Positions 1-12,622 of a stretch of 64,000 nucleotides of DNA are shown piece after piece. The notes under the pieces are model-generated. The model was given only the letters and a program-made list of their open reading frames with translations. It was not told the DNA's origin and ran no database searches. The stretch is taken from NCBI GenBank assembly GCA_012295275.1, contig CM022666.1, positions 1,612,001 to 1,676,000 of the forward strand, given 5' to 3'. The position numbers and the translations under genes were made by a program. How positions within the stretch are numbered: position 1 is the stretch's first letter; every line of letters begins with the position of its first letter. Source of the stretch: Chrysomallon squamiferum (Eukaryota; Animalia; Mollusca).

Positions 1-19
1 GACCAAATTCAAGTTTTCA

Positions 20-492
20 GTTACTCTTTGTCAGTACAACACACAAGATAGAAGGAGAGAATGATAAAATGAGAGCGAAAGGCAAACACAGTTTTCTAAA
101 GTTCATAAATAATTCTAGTTAAATCGTAAGCATATTAAAAATAAAGAAGAAGTATATGAGATTAAAATTAATTTATCAATATTAATTGTTCTAAACGAAT
201 ACATTTACAACAGTATTTTATTTTTTTGTTCACGTTATTCAGTGTCAGTTTTGAACGTTTAGTTTCCATGTTAATATATATAAACACTTATGATTTCAGT
301 GTTGTTTATTTTGGTCCATGAGCAAGATGGAATGTGGTTACAAAACTGGTGAAGAGCTTCAATGTGGAAACGTGACTCTGACTCGTTTGAAAGACTGAAC
401 CAGACACCTGTCTGGGTCACGTTGCAAGAAAACAACGAAAAAGATTTCGTCTTCCACTCCTTCTTCTTCTTCTTCTTCTTCTTCTTCTTCTT

Positions 493-523
<31 letters not shown>

Positions 524-700
524 TTATTATTATTATTATTGTTCTTGTTCTTGTTCTTGTTGTTATTACGGCTACTACAACTACGACTACAGGTGTTGCT
601 GTTGCTGCTGCTACTACTCCTATTTGTAGTGTGTAATTTCATGATTGTAGTATGTGAATAATATCAAGAAAAAAAAAAAAAAAAAAAAAATTATAATATT
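20..700 (-). pseudogene. ORF-less (empty) unit: upstream promoter joined directly to the 3' region
   Basis: Junction tgga at 365-368 joins cttcaatg|tgga (3' region) to tgga|aacgtga (promoter). TATA, ORF and VNTR are absent. Confidence 0.7.
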
Positions 701-1646
701 TTTAAAAAGTCACGTTGGTCAATGACACCGTGCTTTGTGTTTGTGTATCCCTGGAAATGAACTTTAGTCATTTTCCAACTGCAGAATTCAGACCAATAGC
801 CGTATAATTAAATGTGTAATAATTCACGTTTAAGATGTCTGCTTTTAGACAACTTTACCTTTGTATTTTCATCTGCTTAATACAAATATTTCAAAAAGAA
901 ACTGAGATAAGAAAATATATACACAAATATGTAACATCGGAAAACTATTTGGATAGTACTAGTTGGAATATGAAACAGACTCAGCTTCCAAAACTCATAT
1001 TAATTTCTAGAGTTTAAGAGTTCAGAATCATAAAATTTGAAATGACAGTCGCATATAAAGATTTAAATATATATATATATTTGTAATAAATAATTTATTA
1101 AGTATATAAAAATTATTAAATAATAAATTGTAATTACTTTGTTCCAACATAATCGTATTTTTAGTCTATCAAACGATCAAACTCAAGTTTTCAATTACTC
1201 TTTGTCAGTACAACACAAACGATAGAAAGAGTGAATGATAAAATGAGAGAGAAAGACAAACACAATTTTCTTAATTTGATAAATAATTCTAGTTAAATCA
1301 TAACCATATATAAAACAAACAAGGATGTGAGATTAATATTAATTTATTAATACTAATTGTTTTAAAAGAATACATTTACAACAGTATTTCTTTTCTTCAA
1401 TTTTTTCAATGTCAGATTACAACGTTCCGAGACCGTGTTAATATACAAATGGTTTTGTTTTCAGTGTTGTTTATTTTGGTCCAGTAGGAAGACGGAATTC
1501 GGGTACCAAATCGGTGAAGAGCTTCAATGTGGATTATACTTAGTCCCATATCTGAACTGTCCGAATGCAGTTGATGTTTGAATCGTGGCCTCCTGAATTT
1601 TGTCTGATGTAGTAGAACTACATTTACATGACAGCATGCAATTTCT

Positions 1647-1760
1647 ATGTTCTGTGGTTGAACAGATAATGTTCTGTAGTTGAACAGATAATGTTCTGTA
1701 GTTGAACAGATAATGTTCTGTAGTTGAACAGATAATGTTCTGTAGTTGAACAGATAATGT
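1647..1760 (-). repeat. 22-bp VNTR (AACTACAGAACATTATCTGTTC), 5 units, copy A
   Basis: Counted directly. Confidence 0.9.
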
Positions 1761-1806
1761 TGTTCATCATCTCTTTTGATCAGAGAGCCTGCTGAGAAGA
1801 AGAATT

Positions 1807-1995
1807 TCATTTTCTGTGTGAGTCTTCCTCCTGAATCCGAGATACTGGGAATATTTCCCTGTCAGCGACAGAGTGTTCCAAAAGATACAATCCTCTGCCG
1901 CTTTGAGGCATGTCCACGTCCATAGTGAAGACGTCGTCATTGTCTTGTGTGTTGTACAGACAAAGAGTCACTGCTGATGGAAACACGATAGACAT
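1807..1995 (-). CDS. 62-aa small ORF of tandem family, copy A (unknown function)
   Basis: First ATG (A at -3) downstream of TATAAATA at 2129-2136 and Inr-like TCATTC; 189 bp to TGA; same length in 15 copies. The ORF-track start at 2064 is TTG and was not used. Confidence 0.45.
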   Translation of the reverse strand: MSIVFPSAVTLCLYNTQDNDDVFTMDVDMPQSGRGLYLLEHSVADREIFPVSRIQEEDSHRK

Positions 1996-2319
1996 TATTA
2001 CAGTATGAGCTGATATCTTCAAGTGCAAAGATTTTCGTGAACAAGCAAAGTGTTGTGAAAGCAAAATGTTTGTTACAGCAAGTGGAAGAGCTCTGCAAGG
2101 AATGAAGTCTCTCAGTGTCTGTGGTCTGTATTTATAGACATTTTACTGACACCTGGTCATCGTGATGGGAAAACGTGAGTTAGATTCGTTTGAAAGACTG
2201 AACCAGACACCTGTCTGGGTCACGTTGCAAGAAAACAACGAAAAAGATTTCGTCTTCCCCTTCTTCTTGTCTAGCTCTACTTCTTCTTCTTCTTCTTCTT
2301 TTTTTTTTTTCTTCTTCTT

Positions 2320-2352
<33 letters not shown>

Positions 2353-2501
2353 GCTGTTGTTGTTGTTATTATTATTATTACTGCTACTACTACTATTATG
2401 ACTGCTGGTGTTGCTGTTGCTGCTGCTACTAGTATTTGTAGTCTGTAATATCAATACTGTAGTATGTGAGTAATATCAAAAAACCAAAACATTTAAAAAA
2501 A

Positions 2502-2551
<50 letters not shown>

Positions 2552-2609
2552 TAATATTTTTAAAAAGTCACGTTGGTCAATGACACCGTGCTTTGTGTTT
2601 ATGTATCCC

Positions 2610-2720
2610 TGGTCTGTATTTATAGATATTTTACTGACACCTGGACAGCGTGATGGGAAAACGTGAGATTGATTCACAGAGACAGAAAGCTAGCCGCGCC
2701 ACGTTGCAAGAAAACAAATA
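2610..2720 (-). promoter_or_regulatory. Orphan promoter fragment with TATA (2617-2624), about 490 bp upstream of the copy A TATA
   Basis: Matches the copy D promoter (12395-12500) but is cut just after TATA at a tgg microhomology (2610-2612). Confidence 0.6.
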
Positions 2721-2796
2721 AAAGTTCCTCTTCTTGTTTTCTTCTTCTTCTTCTTCTTAATATTATTCTTATTATTCTTATTGATATTACTACTGT

Positions 2797-2851
<55 letters not shown>

Positions 2852-3586
2852 GTTGCAGCTGATACTGCTTTTTCTACTTAATAGTAGAACTTCTATTATA
2901 ACATTATTAGTACTGTTACTTCAGTTACTGGTGCTACTGCTACTATCACTACTGTTCCTACTACTACTACTACTACTGCTTAATTAATTAATTACCAAGT
3001 CACATTGATCACAACGTGTTTGTGTTTATATATGTCAAGAGATCAATTGGAGTCATTTTCCAACTGCGATATCCGGAGGAATAAGGGCAGTTGACGTCCG
3101 TGATTACGTTTGTGATGTCGTTTCTGGAATTCGGACTACTGTGCCAGTGCGTTCATCCAAATTGATTGTATTCAAAACCTAAAGAGATTTACGTTTTAGT
3201 CTTCGATACTGAAGTCTCATCCAAAGAAAGAATCCACTAAATTTGTAGATACTTTACGTACGTGCATTTAATATTTAAAATAATAACCTTTAAGTTATTT
3301 TGGTATTTTTCAGATGTAGCCAGATGGTGACAGGACTTTGTAATACTGTGACATGTGCCTTCCCGAGTGTTTATCTATGTGCAGAATATGCATTCCAAAA
3401 TACACAGACGTGTGAAACATCCATATTAATAAATCTGAAAATGTATCTGAATAAGGGAATTACTTTAAGTTTCTGAAACACTCTTTTCTTGCATTGAACT
3501 GTGTTACATTTGCTGTTATATTTATATTTTTAATAATTTATAAGACCACATTGATCCCATCTTCTTTTCAGCTATTCCCTCGAAAT

Positions 3587-3620
<34 letters not shown>

Positions 3621-4243
3621 CATAAAAACACACAAACACACACAATATCGCTATACATATAGTAGATATATATATGGTGAGGTAAATTACCTCGTAAATA
3701 TTAATGTAGACACACACACACAAACACATATAAATATTTATGAGTTAATATACACTACCATAAAAATATATATTTTTGATACGAAATACCAGAGTTCCTT
3801 TACACCATTGTGCAGATACATATTTTGTTTATTTTCAAATTTATTTATTTATTTATTTTATTCTGAACAACGCTACAAAACTGTGTTATTGTGAAATGTG
3901 TCGTCATCGTTGTATTGAAAACTGTTGTCGTCATCATTCTGATGAAAACCTTTCTTTGTCCGCCTTCCAGTTTACGAATGCAGATAATGTATTTATGTTT
4001 GTGCTTTTCTTACCTCAGGGTATGTTACACACCAAACATAACTCAATGCTAACTGTCAAGAATAACCCATTTGGTGGAAGCTTGTTTTCTCTCTCGTATC
4101 AAATTTTTATAAGAAAACGTTCGAGTTTTACTTTATAATCATTAACGTTAAAATCATTGAAGGCTTTTGTACGCACACTAATAAAGAAGAAGACACACAA
4201 AATTATAATAATTTCCTAGACCATGTGTTAGTTTCAGCAGTAT
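2611..4243. repeat. Long-spacer block, directly duplicated at 12395-14027 and more diverged at ~49900-51545
   Basis: Near-identical text, including the shared spurious ORFs at 3776 and 13680. Confidence 0.85.
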
Positions 4244-5496
4244 AAGAAACAACATAATGAAATTTTAAATGTCGATAACATAATATTATCGATTTCTTGA
4301 AATAGTAGTGTTCAATAATTTATTAAGTTTATGAAAATTACTAAAGTGAAGGTTTATACAGTCAGTCATCTTAAATCAGTTTTGATGAGATTCAGTGCAA
4401 TGTCTTGTCATCTTAGTGAAATGGAGGATTTGTGGCTGGGAAAAGAAATATGTGTAGAAATAGGAGATCGAAGGTATTTGACTAATTTTTCTGTCTTAGT
4501 CAAAAAATTTAAATTGTATTGTGTATTTTCTAGCTAAATCAAGGACAATGGTGTTGTTGACATGTGATTATTAAAATTGTAATTGTAAAGAATAATGTGT
4601 TAATTAGTGTATTACGGACAAAGAAAATGAAGCTTCCTGAATTTCAACATAATACTTATATGAAGGTATTTTCTGATCTTAGGGAAGGTTGTTGTCTATT
4701 TTATACGACGCTAACTGTTAACAATAAGCCACCTGAAGAAAGTTTTTGTTTTATCTCTTCCAGGTTTACATAAAAATATGAATCCCTTTTATTTAACAAT
4801 CATTAATATTTCTAAAAAAATTTGTTTTTACACGCTCGTTCATTGCGAAGTACAAACAAGTAAACTACGTCCTAAACCTATATTAGTATCGGGAATTTAA
4901 CAGTTCAGAATAATACAATTTTAAATGTCAGTCGCATATAAAGATTTTTCAAACATATTTGTATTAAGTAATTTATTAAGTATATTAAAATCATTAAATT
5001 ATAAATTGTAATTACTATGTTCCAACATAATCGTATTTTTAGTCTATCAAACGATCAAACTCAAGTTTTCAGTTACTCTTTGTCAGTAAAACACACAAGA
5101 TAGAAAGAGAGAATGATAACATGAGAGGGAAAGGCAAACACAATATTCTTAAGTTGATAAATAATTTTAGTTAAAGCATAATCATATATAAAAACAAACA
5201 AGTATATGAGATTAAAATTAATTTATTAATAGTAAGTGTTTTAAAAGAATACATTTACAACAGTATTTCTTTTCTTCACGTTTTTCAATGTGAGTTTTCA
5301 ACGTTCCGTGTCCGTGTTAATATACAAATGGTTTTGGTCTCAGTATTGTTTCTTTCGGTCTACATGGTTCGAAATTGGTGGAGATCTTCAATGTGGAGTT
5401 CACTCAGTCCCATGTCTGAAGTGTCCGAAATCAGTTCATGTACATTACGTTTTGTTCCATGTAGTAGAATCAAATTTACGAGATCATGCAATATCT

Positions 5497-5589
5497 ATGT
5501 TCTGTAGATGAACAGATAATGTTCTGTAGTTGAACGCATAATATTCTGTAGTTGAACCGAGAATGTTCTGTATTTGAACGGATAATGTT
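5497..5589 (-). repeat. 22-bp VNTR, 4 variant units, copy B
   Basis: Counted directly. Confidence 0.85.
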
Positions 5590-5634
5590 GTTCATCATCT
5601 CTTTTGATCAGAGAGCCTGCTGAGAAGAAGAATT

Positions 5635-5823
5635 TCATTTTCTGTGTGAGTCTTCCTCCTGAATCCCCGATACTGGGAATATTTCCCTGTCAGCGACAGA
5701 GTGTTCCAAAAGATACAATCCTCTGCCGCTTTGAGGCATGTCCACGTCCATAGTGAAGACGACGTCGTTGTCTTGTGTGTTGTACAGACAAAGAGTCACT
5801 GCTGATGGAAGCACGATAGACAT
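5635..5823 (-). CDS. 62-aa family ORF, copy B (F5L, D21V)
   Basis: Same TATA-leader-ATG-TGA layout; intact 189 bp. Confidence 0.45.
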   Translation of the reverse strand: MSIVLPSAVTLCLYNTQDNDVVFTMDVDMPQSGRGLYLLEHSVADREIFPVSGIQEEDSHRK

Positions 5824-6439
5824 TATTAAAGTATCAGCTGATATATTCAAGTGCAAAGATTTTCGTGAACAAGCAAAGTGTCGTGAAAGCAAAATGTTTG
5901 ATACAGCAAGTGGAAGAGCTCTGCAAGGAATGAAGTATCTGAGTGTCTGTGGTCTGTATTTATAGTCATTACACGAACATGTGGACAGCGTGACTGGAAA
6001 ACGTGAGCTAGATTCGTTTGAAAGACTGAACCAGAGAGCTAGGCTGGGTCTTCTTACTATTAGTAGTACTATTACGATCATTGCTAATATTATTACTGCT
6101 ACTAATATTTATATTGTGTTCTTATTATTATACCATTTCTACACCCTTATAGAGAAAAAGAAAGAGAGAGAAATAAATAAAGAAAGAAAGAAAGAGATAC
6201 TTTTTTCGTTTGAAAACACAATATGTATTTTTGTCTCTATGTATTTTATGTGTACATATGTATTTGTATGGATTAGAATTTGAATGTATTAGACTCTGGA
6301 CGTATTCGGGAACGAACAGGCGTAGAAGGACAAATACAACCTCAGAGATCCGTCTGTGACAAGACACGAACGTGTGGCACCGACTCGCCCTGACTCCGAA
6401 GACGGATGACGTTACCGTTCGGCCATCAAGACAGCTTTA

Positions 6440-6946
6440 ATATGTATGTATGTATCTATGTGTGTATGTATGTATGTATGTATGTATGTATGTATGTATG
6501 TATGTATGTATGTATGCATTTTGCATGTATGTATCTATTTATGTATGTATGTATGTATGTATGTATTTTTGTCTACAACAAGTATATAGTATCAAGTTTC
6601 AAAGTTACTATGAGTAAACGTAATTTCAGACTAATTGAAATCCAGCCTGAAATATCTGTCTGTGAAACTGAGGCTGCAGACAGGAACGGAAAACATCGTC
6701 TGCTCAGAGCGCTCAACCTGCGTCACAGACCACGCAGCTGACACCAGGTGCCCAGCACACGTTGTCACACGATGCCACATCATAGGTTCGCCACTGCTTC
6801 ACGGAAAACGTGAGGACGAAATCGTTTTGGTGATACTGATGTAAGCTAAATTTCAAACAGCTGTCACATGCTTTGCAGACGTGAACACGCAACGGATGAA
6901 GGTAATAATAACTGTAACCGAAAAGGATACTGGAATAGTTTATAAA

Positions 6947-7005
<59 letters not shown>

Positions 7006-7099
7006 TTTTTTCTTTCTTTCTGATTTTCATTTTAAACCCGTATTTACTTCATGTAAAAATAAAGTTTTTAGTTCAACATATATGACGTCATTATTATTA

Positions 7100-7137
<38 letters not shown>

Positions 7138-8697
7138 TGTTTCTAAGATGTTCATATATGACGTAATAAACCAGTCCTTGACCGATCCTTTACCTCAATG
7201 TCCTGAGGTTTACCTTGACCCATCCGGATATTCGATGACGTCAGTTAGAATCATATATGTTGAACTAAATCTTTATTTTGTTATTTAATCCTTTGTGGGG
7301 TTGTTGTTTCTCTAAGTTTTGCCTTCAAAGATTTGTCTAGTGCTAAACTCCACACAGACTACAAGTCATGATTCGCCAAGCATACCGCACTGTTATATCT
7401 CGATTTAACTCTTCTTACTTTTTTTTTTTTTTTTCTTTCGTTTCTCATTAGAATTCATTTCTCATGAGAAAGAAGCAATACATATATAGGTTGTAGCGAC
7501 AGAATCATTTTAAATGTTCAGTTACCTCACGTTTTCCGTAAAGCAGTGGCGAACCTTTGATGTGGCAATGTGTGACATCGTGTGCTGGGCACCTGGTGTC
7601 AGCCGCGTGGTCTGTGACGCAGGTTGAGCGAATGGAATTAAATGGTTCAGTGAATGGAATTAAATTTCTATCTTAGATAAAGATACAGATAATTAATTAA
7701 TCATGAAAAGATACTGTTATAAACATTTAATCTGCTTAATAGAATAAAATTACAGTATTTGATTTCGTGATCACGGTTTGCTACCAGCACCAATTCAGAT
7801 AAAAAATATTAAAATCGACAACGGCAAAGTTATTGATAATATTTCCACAAACGAAACGAAATACATGATCTACATTAATTATTAGTTCTCGACGTAAAAA
7901 TGCTAACCCTTTTTTAATGCCTGGAAAATATTGGTGTTTTTTTTTATTTCTTTTCTTTTTTTTTCTTTTTTTATGAAAACATATTTAGTAAACATATTAC
8001 TGGATCACTAAGCTGAAATATTTGCTTTCCTTATGTTGCTTTCTTTCATAATTACACTGTGACGAATGAAAATTATGAACATTTTGTTAGGTATGTATGT
8101 ATGTATGTATGCATGTACGTATCTATGTATGTATGTATGTATGTATGTATGTATGTATGTATGTATGTATGTATGTATGTATGTATGTATGTATGTATGT
8201 ATTTGTGTCTATACGAGTACATAGTATTGTCTTAAAGTTACTATGAGTAAACGTAATTTCAGACTAATTGAAATCCAGCCTGAAATATCTGTCTGTGAAA
8301 CTGAGGCTGCAGACAGGAACGGAAAACATCGTCTGCTGACAGCGCTGAAACTGAGTCACTGACCACGCAGCTGACACCAGGTGCCCAGCACACGTTGTCA
8401 CACGATGCCACATCATAGGTTCGCCACTGCTTCACGGAAAACGTGAGGACGAAATCGTGGTGATACTGATGTAAGCTAAATTTCAAACAGCTGACACATG
8501 CTTTGCAGACGTGAACACGCAACGGATGAAGGTAATAATAACTGTAACCGAAAAGGATACTGGAATAGTTTATAAATATTTATTACTATTATTATTATTA
8601 TTTCTTTCTTTCTTTCTTATTTTCATTTTAAACCCGTAATATAATTTACTTCATGTAAAAATAAAGTTTTTAGTTCAACATATATGTTATTTTTATA

Positions 8698-8751
<54 letters not shown>

Positions 8752-9531
8752 TGTTTCACAGATGTTCATATATGACGTAATAAACCAGTGCTTGACCGAT
8801 CCTTTACCTCCATGTCCTGAGGTTTACCTTGACCCATCCGGATATTCGATGACGTCAGTTAGAGTCATATATGTTGAACTAAATCTTTATTTTGTTATTT
8901 AATCCGTTGTAAGGTTGTGGTTTCTCTAAGTTTTGCCTTCAATGATTTGTCTAGTGCTAAACTCCACACAGTCTACAACTCGTGATTCGCCAAGCATACC
9001 GCACTGTTATATCTCGATTTAACTCTTCTTACTTTTTTTTTTTTTTCTTTCGTTTCTCATTAGAATTCATTTCTCATGAGAGAGAAGCAATACATATATA
9101 GGTTGTAGCGACAGAATCATTTTAAATGTTCAGTTACCTCACGTTTTCCGTAGAGCAGTGGCGAACCTTTGATGTGGCAATGTGTGACATCGTGTGCTGG
9201 GCACCTGGTGTCAGCCGCGTGGTCTGTGACGCAGGTTGAGCGAATGGAATTAAATGGTTCAGTGAATGGAATTAAATTTCTATCTTAGATAAAGATACAG
9301 ATAATTAATTAATCATGAAAAGATACTGTTATAAACATTTAATCTGCTTAATAGAATAAAATTACAGTATTTGAATTCGTGATCACGGTTTGCTACCAGC
9401 ACCAATTCAGATAAAAAATATTAAAATCGACAACGGCAAAGTTATTGATAATATTTCCACAAACGAAACGAAATACATGATCTACATTAATTATTAGTTT
9501 TCGACGTAAAAATGCTTACCCTTTTTTAATG
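6440..9531. repeat. Tandem duplication (~1.62-kb period) of a block unrelated to the gene unit, containing nested inverted repeats
   Basis: 6440-7920 matches ~8090-9531; each copy starts at a (TATG)n tract. Confidence 0.85.
7056..7279. mobile_element. Possible MITE-like element with ~29-bp terminal inverted repeats (second copy ~8657-8892)
   Basis: aaaataaagtttttagttcaacatatatga ... tcatatatgttgaactaaatctttatttt; 19 bp perfect. No clear target-site duplication. Confidence 0.4.
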
Positions 9532-9770
9532 CGATAGACATTATTACAGTATGAGCTGATATCTTCAAGTGCAAAGATTTGTTACAGCAAGTGGAAGAGC
9601 TCTGCAAGGAATGAAGTCTCTCAGTGTCTGTGGTCTGTATTTATAGACATTTTACTGAAATCCGGACAGCGTGATGGGAAAACGTGAGTTAGATTCGTTT
9701 GAAAGACTGAACGAGACACCTGTCTGGGTCACGTTGCAAGAAAACAACGAAAAAGATTTCGTCTTCCCCT
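9532..9770 (-). pseudogene. Truncated copy C: promoter, leader with ~37-bp deletion, ORF cut after codon 3
   Basis: TATA at ~9638-9645 and ATG at 9541-9539 (MSI), then joined to the unrelated 6.4-9.5 kb duplicated block and stops after 8 codons. Confidence 0.7.
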
Positions 9771-9819
9771 TCTTCTTCTTCTTATTATTATTATTACTAT
9801 TATTATTATTATAATTATA

Positions 9820-9870
<51 letters not shown>

Positions 9871-10130
9871 ATTATAAGAATAATAATAATAAAAAAAGTC
9901 AAGTTGATCAGTCACAAGGTGCTTTGCGTTTATGTATCCCTGGAGATGAACTTTAGTCATTTTCCACCTGCGGAATCCAGACCAATTGCGGAATAATTAT
10001 ATATGTAATATTTTACGTCATGACGGTACAGGTTACCGTGGAAACGTGTCGAAAACGTTATTACTTTAGCACGTGTATTTACACGGGCTGGTCATTTAGC
10101 TATGGCGCAGACGTATCATTGATGACTGTA

Positions 10131-10178
10131 CAATACAGGTGACAATACAGGTGACAATACAGGTGACAATACAGGTGA
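10131..10178 (+). repeat. 12-bp tandem repeat CAATACAGGTGA x4
   Basis: Four perfect units. Confidence 0.9.
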
Positions 10179-11918
10179 CCTTGGAAACGTTACACTACCT
10201 TGATTTACTCTTTGTTACTGTAGTCTAATAAAAAAAAAAAATAATAATAATAATACAATCCACTAAATTCCTAAATATGTTATGTTTACTATTTAAATTA
10301 AAGTGATTTATTTTACAACTGTCTGGACGTTTTTTTTCCCCCATGAACGTATTATATAATACAAGCATTCTGATCAAAGCTTAAGAATCAGATATGTGTT
10401 AGTTTCCTCAGAGATTCACACTGAGTTTTTTAGACAATTTTATCATTTCAAATAGGTCACAGCTGTTTAGTATTTTATAATCCGGTTTTTCTATTCACAC
10501 CATCATTTAAACATATTAATGAAATACTCTGACTTTACAACACTTTACATTTAAACCGATGTAGACACATTTAACTAATTGTATGGTTGGTAATGTTACT
10601 GATACTTTTAACGAATAATACAGATGATTCAACCTTAATCAGTCGTTGATATTGATAAACTCATTTATTTATTTATTTATTTATTTTTATTCGTAAATAA
10701 ATACAAACGTTCATACATACAAACACACACACACATGCACACATACACATAAACATACACACAAGCATACCTTGTCAACTGTTGGTCACAGATCTATGCT
10801 TATTTATTCATTACAATATTACTTAAATAATTATCTAATGAAGGCGAAGAAGAAGAAATGATCACAGCTTCACAGCTAAGTAAAACATTTCAAAACATTA
10901 ATTAATTTCTGCGGAGGGGGGGTAATTTAGTTTACTGTTTAGTACAGAATTAAATTTCAGTATTTATTATTATTATTTTTTTTTTTTTATGCTACTTTCT
11001 TCAAATGATGTTTCTGTGATCTGATAACTTTTTTAAAAACAGTGAAGTCTATGTTTTATTTATTTTTTTTTTTTTTTTACTAAAAATAAAATCACGTTAC
11101 AACATTTATATGAAACACTTCAGCAGTCAAAATTTAATATTTTCGATTAATTCTATCGAAAACATTCTTTGAAAAAAAAAAATCATCATTTCTCTCATAT
11201 TATTTTCAGTTATAAACACATGTTTAACATGTCTATTTTTAGACAACTTTATATTCGTATCTTCTTCTGCTTAATAAAAATATTTTAAAAAAATAATAAT
11301 AATAACAACTCAGATAAGAAAATATATACACAAATATGAAACATCGCAAAACTATTTGGGGAGTACTAGTTGGAATGTGAAACAGACTCAGCGCGCTAAA
11401 AGTATATTAGTATCTGGAGTTTAACAGTTCAGAATAATAAAAGTTTAAATTTTAAACGATTTTTCAAAAATATTTGTATTAAGTAATTTATTAAGTATAT
11501 ACAAAATTATTAAATTATATATTGTCATTACTATGTTCCAACATAATCGTATTTTTAGTCTATCAGACGATTATAAATTATAATTCTAGTAAAATCGTAA
11601 ACGTAAATAAAAACAAAGAAGAAGTATATGAGATTAAAATTAATTTATTAATACTAATTGTTTTAAAAGAATACATTTACAACAGTATTTCTTTTCTTCA
11701 CATTTTTCAATGTAAGTTTTCAACGTTCCGTGTCCGTGTTAATATACAAATGGTTTTGGTCTCAGTGTTGTTTCTTTCGGTCTATATGGTTCGAAATTGG
11801 TGGAGATCTTCAATGTGGAGTTCACTCAGTCTCATGTCTGAAGTGTCCGAAATCAGTTCATGTACATTACGTTTTGTTCCATGTAGTAGAATCAAATTTA
11901 CGAGATCATGCAATATCT

Positions 11919-12028
11919 ATGTTCTGTAGTTGAACAGATAATGTTCTGTAGATGAAGAGATAATGTTCTGTAGTTGAACGCATAATATTCTGTAGTTGAA
12001 CCGAGAATGTTCTGTACTTCAACGGATA
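11919..12028 (-). repeat. 22-bp VNTR, 5 variant units, copy D
   Basis: Counted directly. Confidence 0.85.
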
Positions 12029-12078
12029 AGGTTGTTCAACATCTCTTTTGATCAGAGAGCCTGCTCAGAAGAAGAATT

Positions 12079-12267
12079 TCATTTTCTCTGTGAGTCTTCC
12101 TCCTGAATCCCCAATACTGGGAATATTTCCCTGTCAGCGACAGAGTGTTCCAAACGATACAATCCTCTGCCGCTTTGAGGCATGTCCACGTCCATAGTGA
12201 AGACGTCGTCGTTGTCTTGTGTGTTGTACTGACAAAGAGTCACTGCTGATGGAAACACGATAGACAT
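12079..12267 (-). CDS. 62-aa family ORF, copy D (L13Q, L38R, S52L, H60Q)
   Basis: Intact 189 bp; TATA at 12401-12408. Confidence 0.45.
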   Translation of the reverse strand: MSIVFPSAVTLCQYNTQDNDDVFTMDVDMPQSGRGLYRLEHSVADREIFPVLGIQEEDSQRK

Positions 12268-12580
12268 TATTGCACTATCAGCTGATATATTCAAGGGCAA
12301 AGAATTTCGTGAACAAGCAAAGTGTTGTGAAAGCAAAATGTTTGTTACAGCAAGTGGAAGAGCTCTGCAAGGAATGAAGTCTCTCAGTGTCTGTGGTCTG
12401 TATTTATAGACATTTTACTGACACCTGGACAGCGTGATGGGAAAACGTGAGTTTGATTCACAGAGACAGAAAGCTAGCCGCGCCACGTTGCAAGAAAACA
12501 AATAAAAGTTCCTCTTCTTGTTTTCTTCTTCTTCTTCTTCTTAATATTATTCTTATTATTCTTATTGACATTACTACTGT

Positions 12581-12622
<42 letters not shown>

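Noticed and set aside
271-661. Poly-K/N/L/F, MYVC, RERE, SLSL and HTYI ORFs throughout the ORF track
   Set aside because: They are translations of microsatellites, often with TTG/GTG starts, and their lengths and frames differ between paralogues.
835-1017. Recurrent 60-aa ORF MSVFRQLYLCIFIC... in the spacer
   Set aside because: It recurs only because the unit is repeated. It is very AT-rich, is disrupted in several copies (e.g. ~11230, ~48625, ~57487) and has no promoter signature.
1669-1700. Steroid-receptor element in the 22-mer (AGAACA...TGTTC)
   Set aside because: The half-site spacing is 5 bp, not the 3 bp of a GRE/ARE.
5738-5965. 75-aa antisense ORF MSTSIVKT...
   Set aside because: Interrupted by stops in many copies (gta tga, tac tga), and no promoter is evident on that strand.
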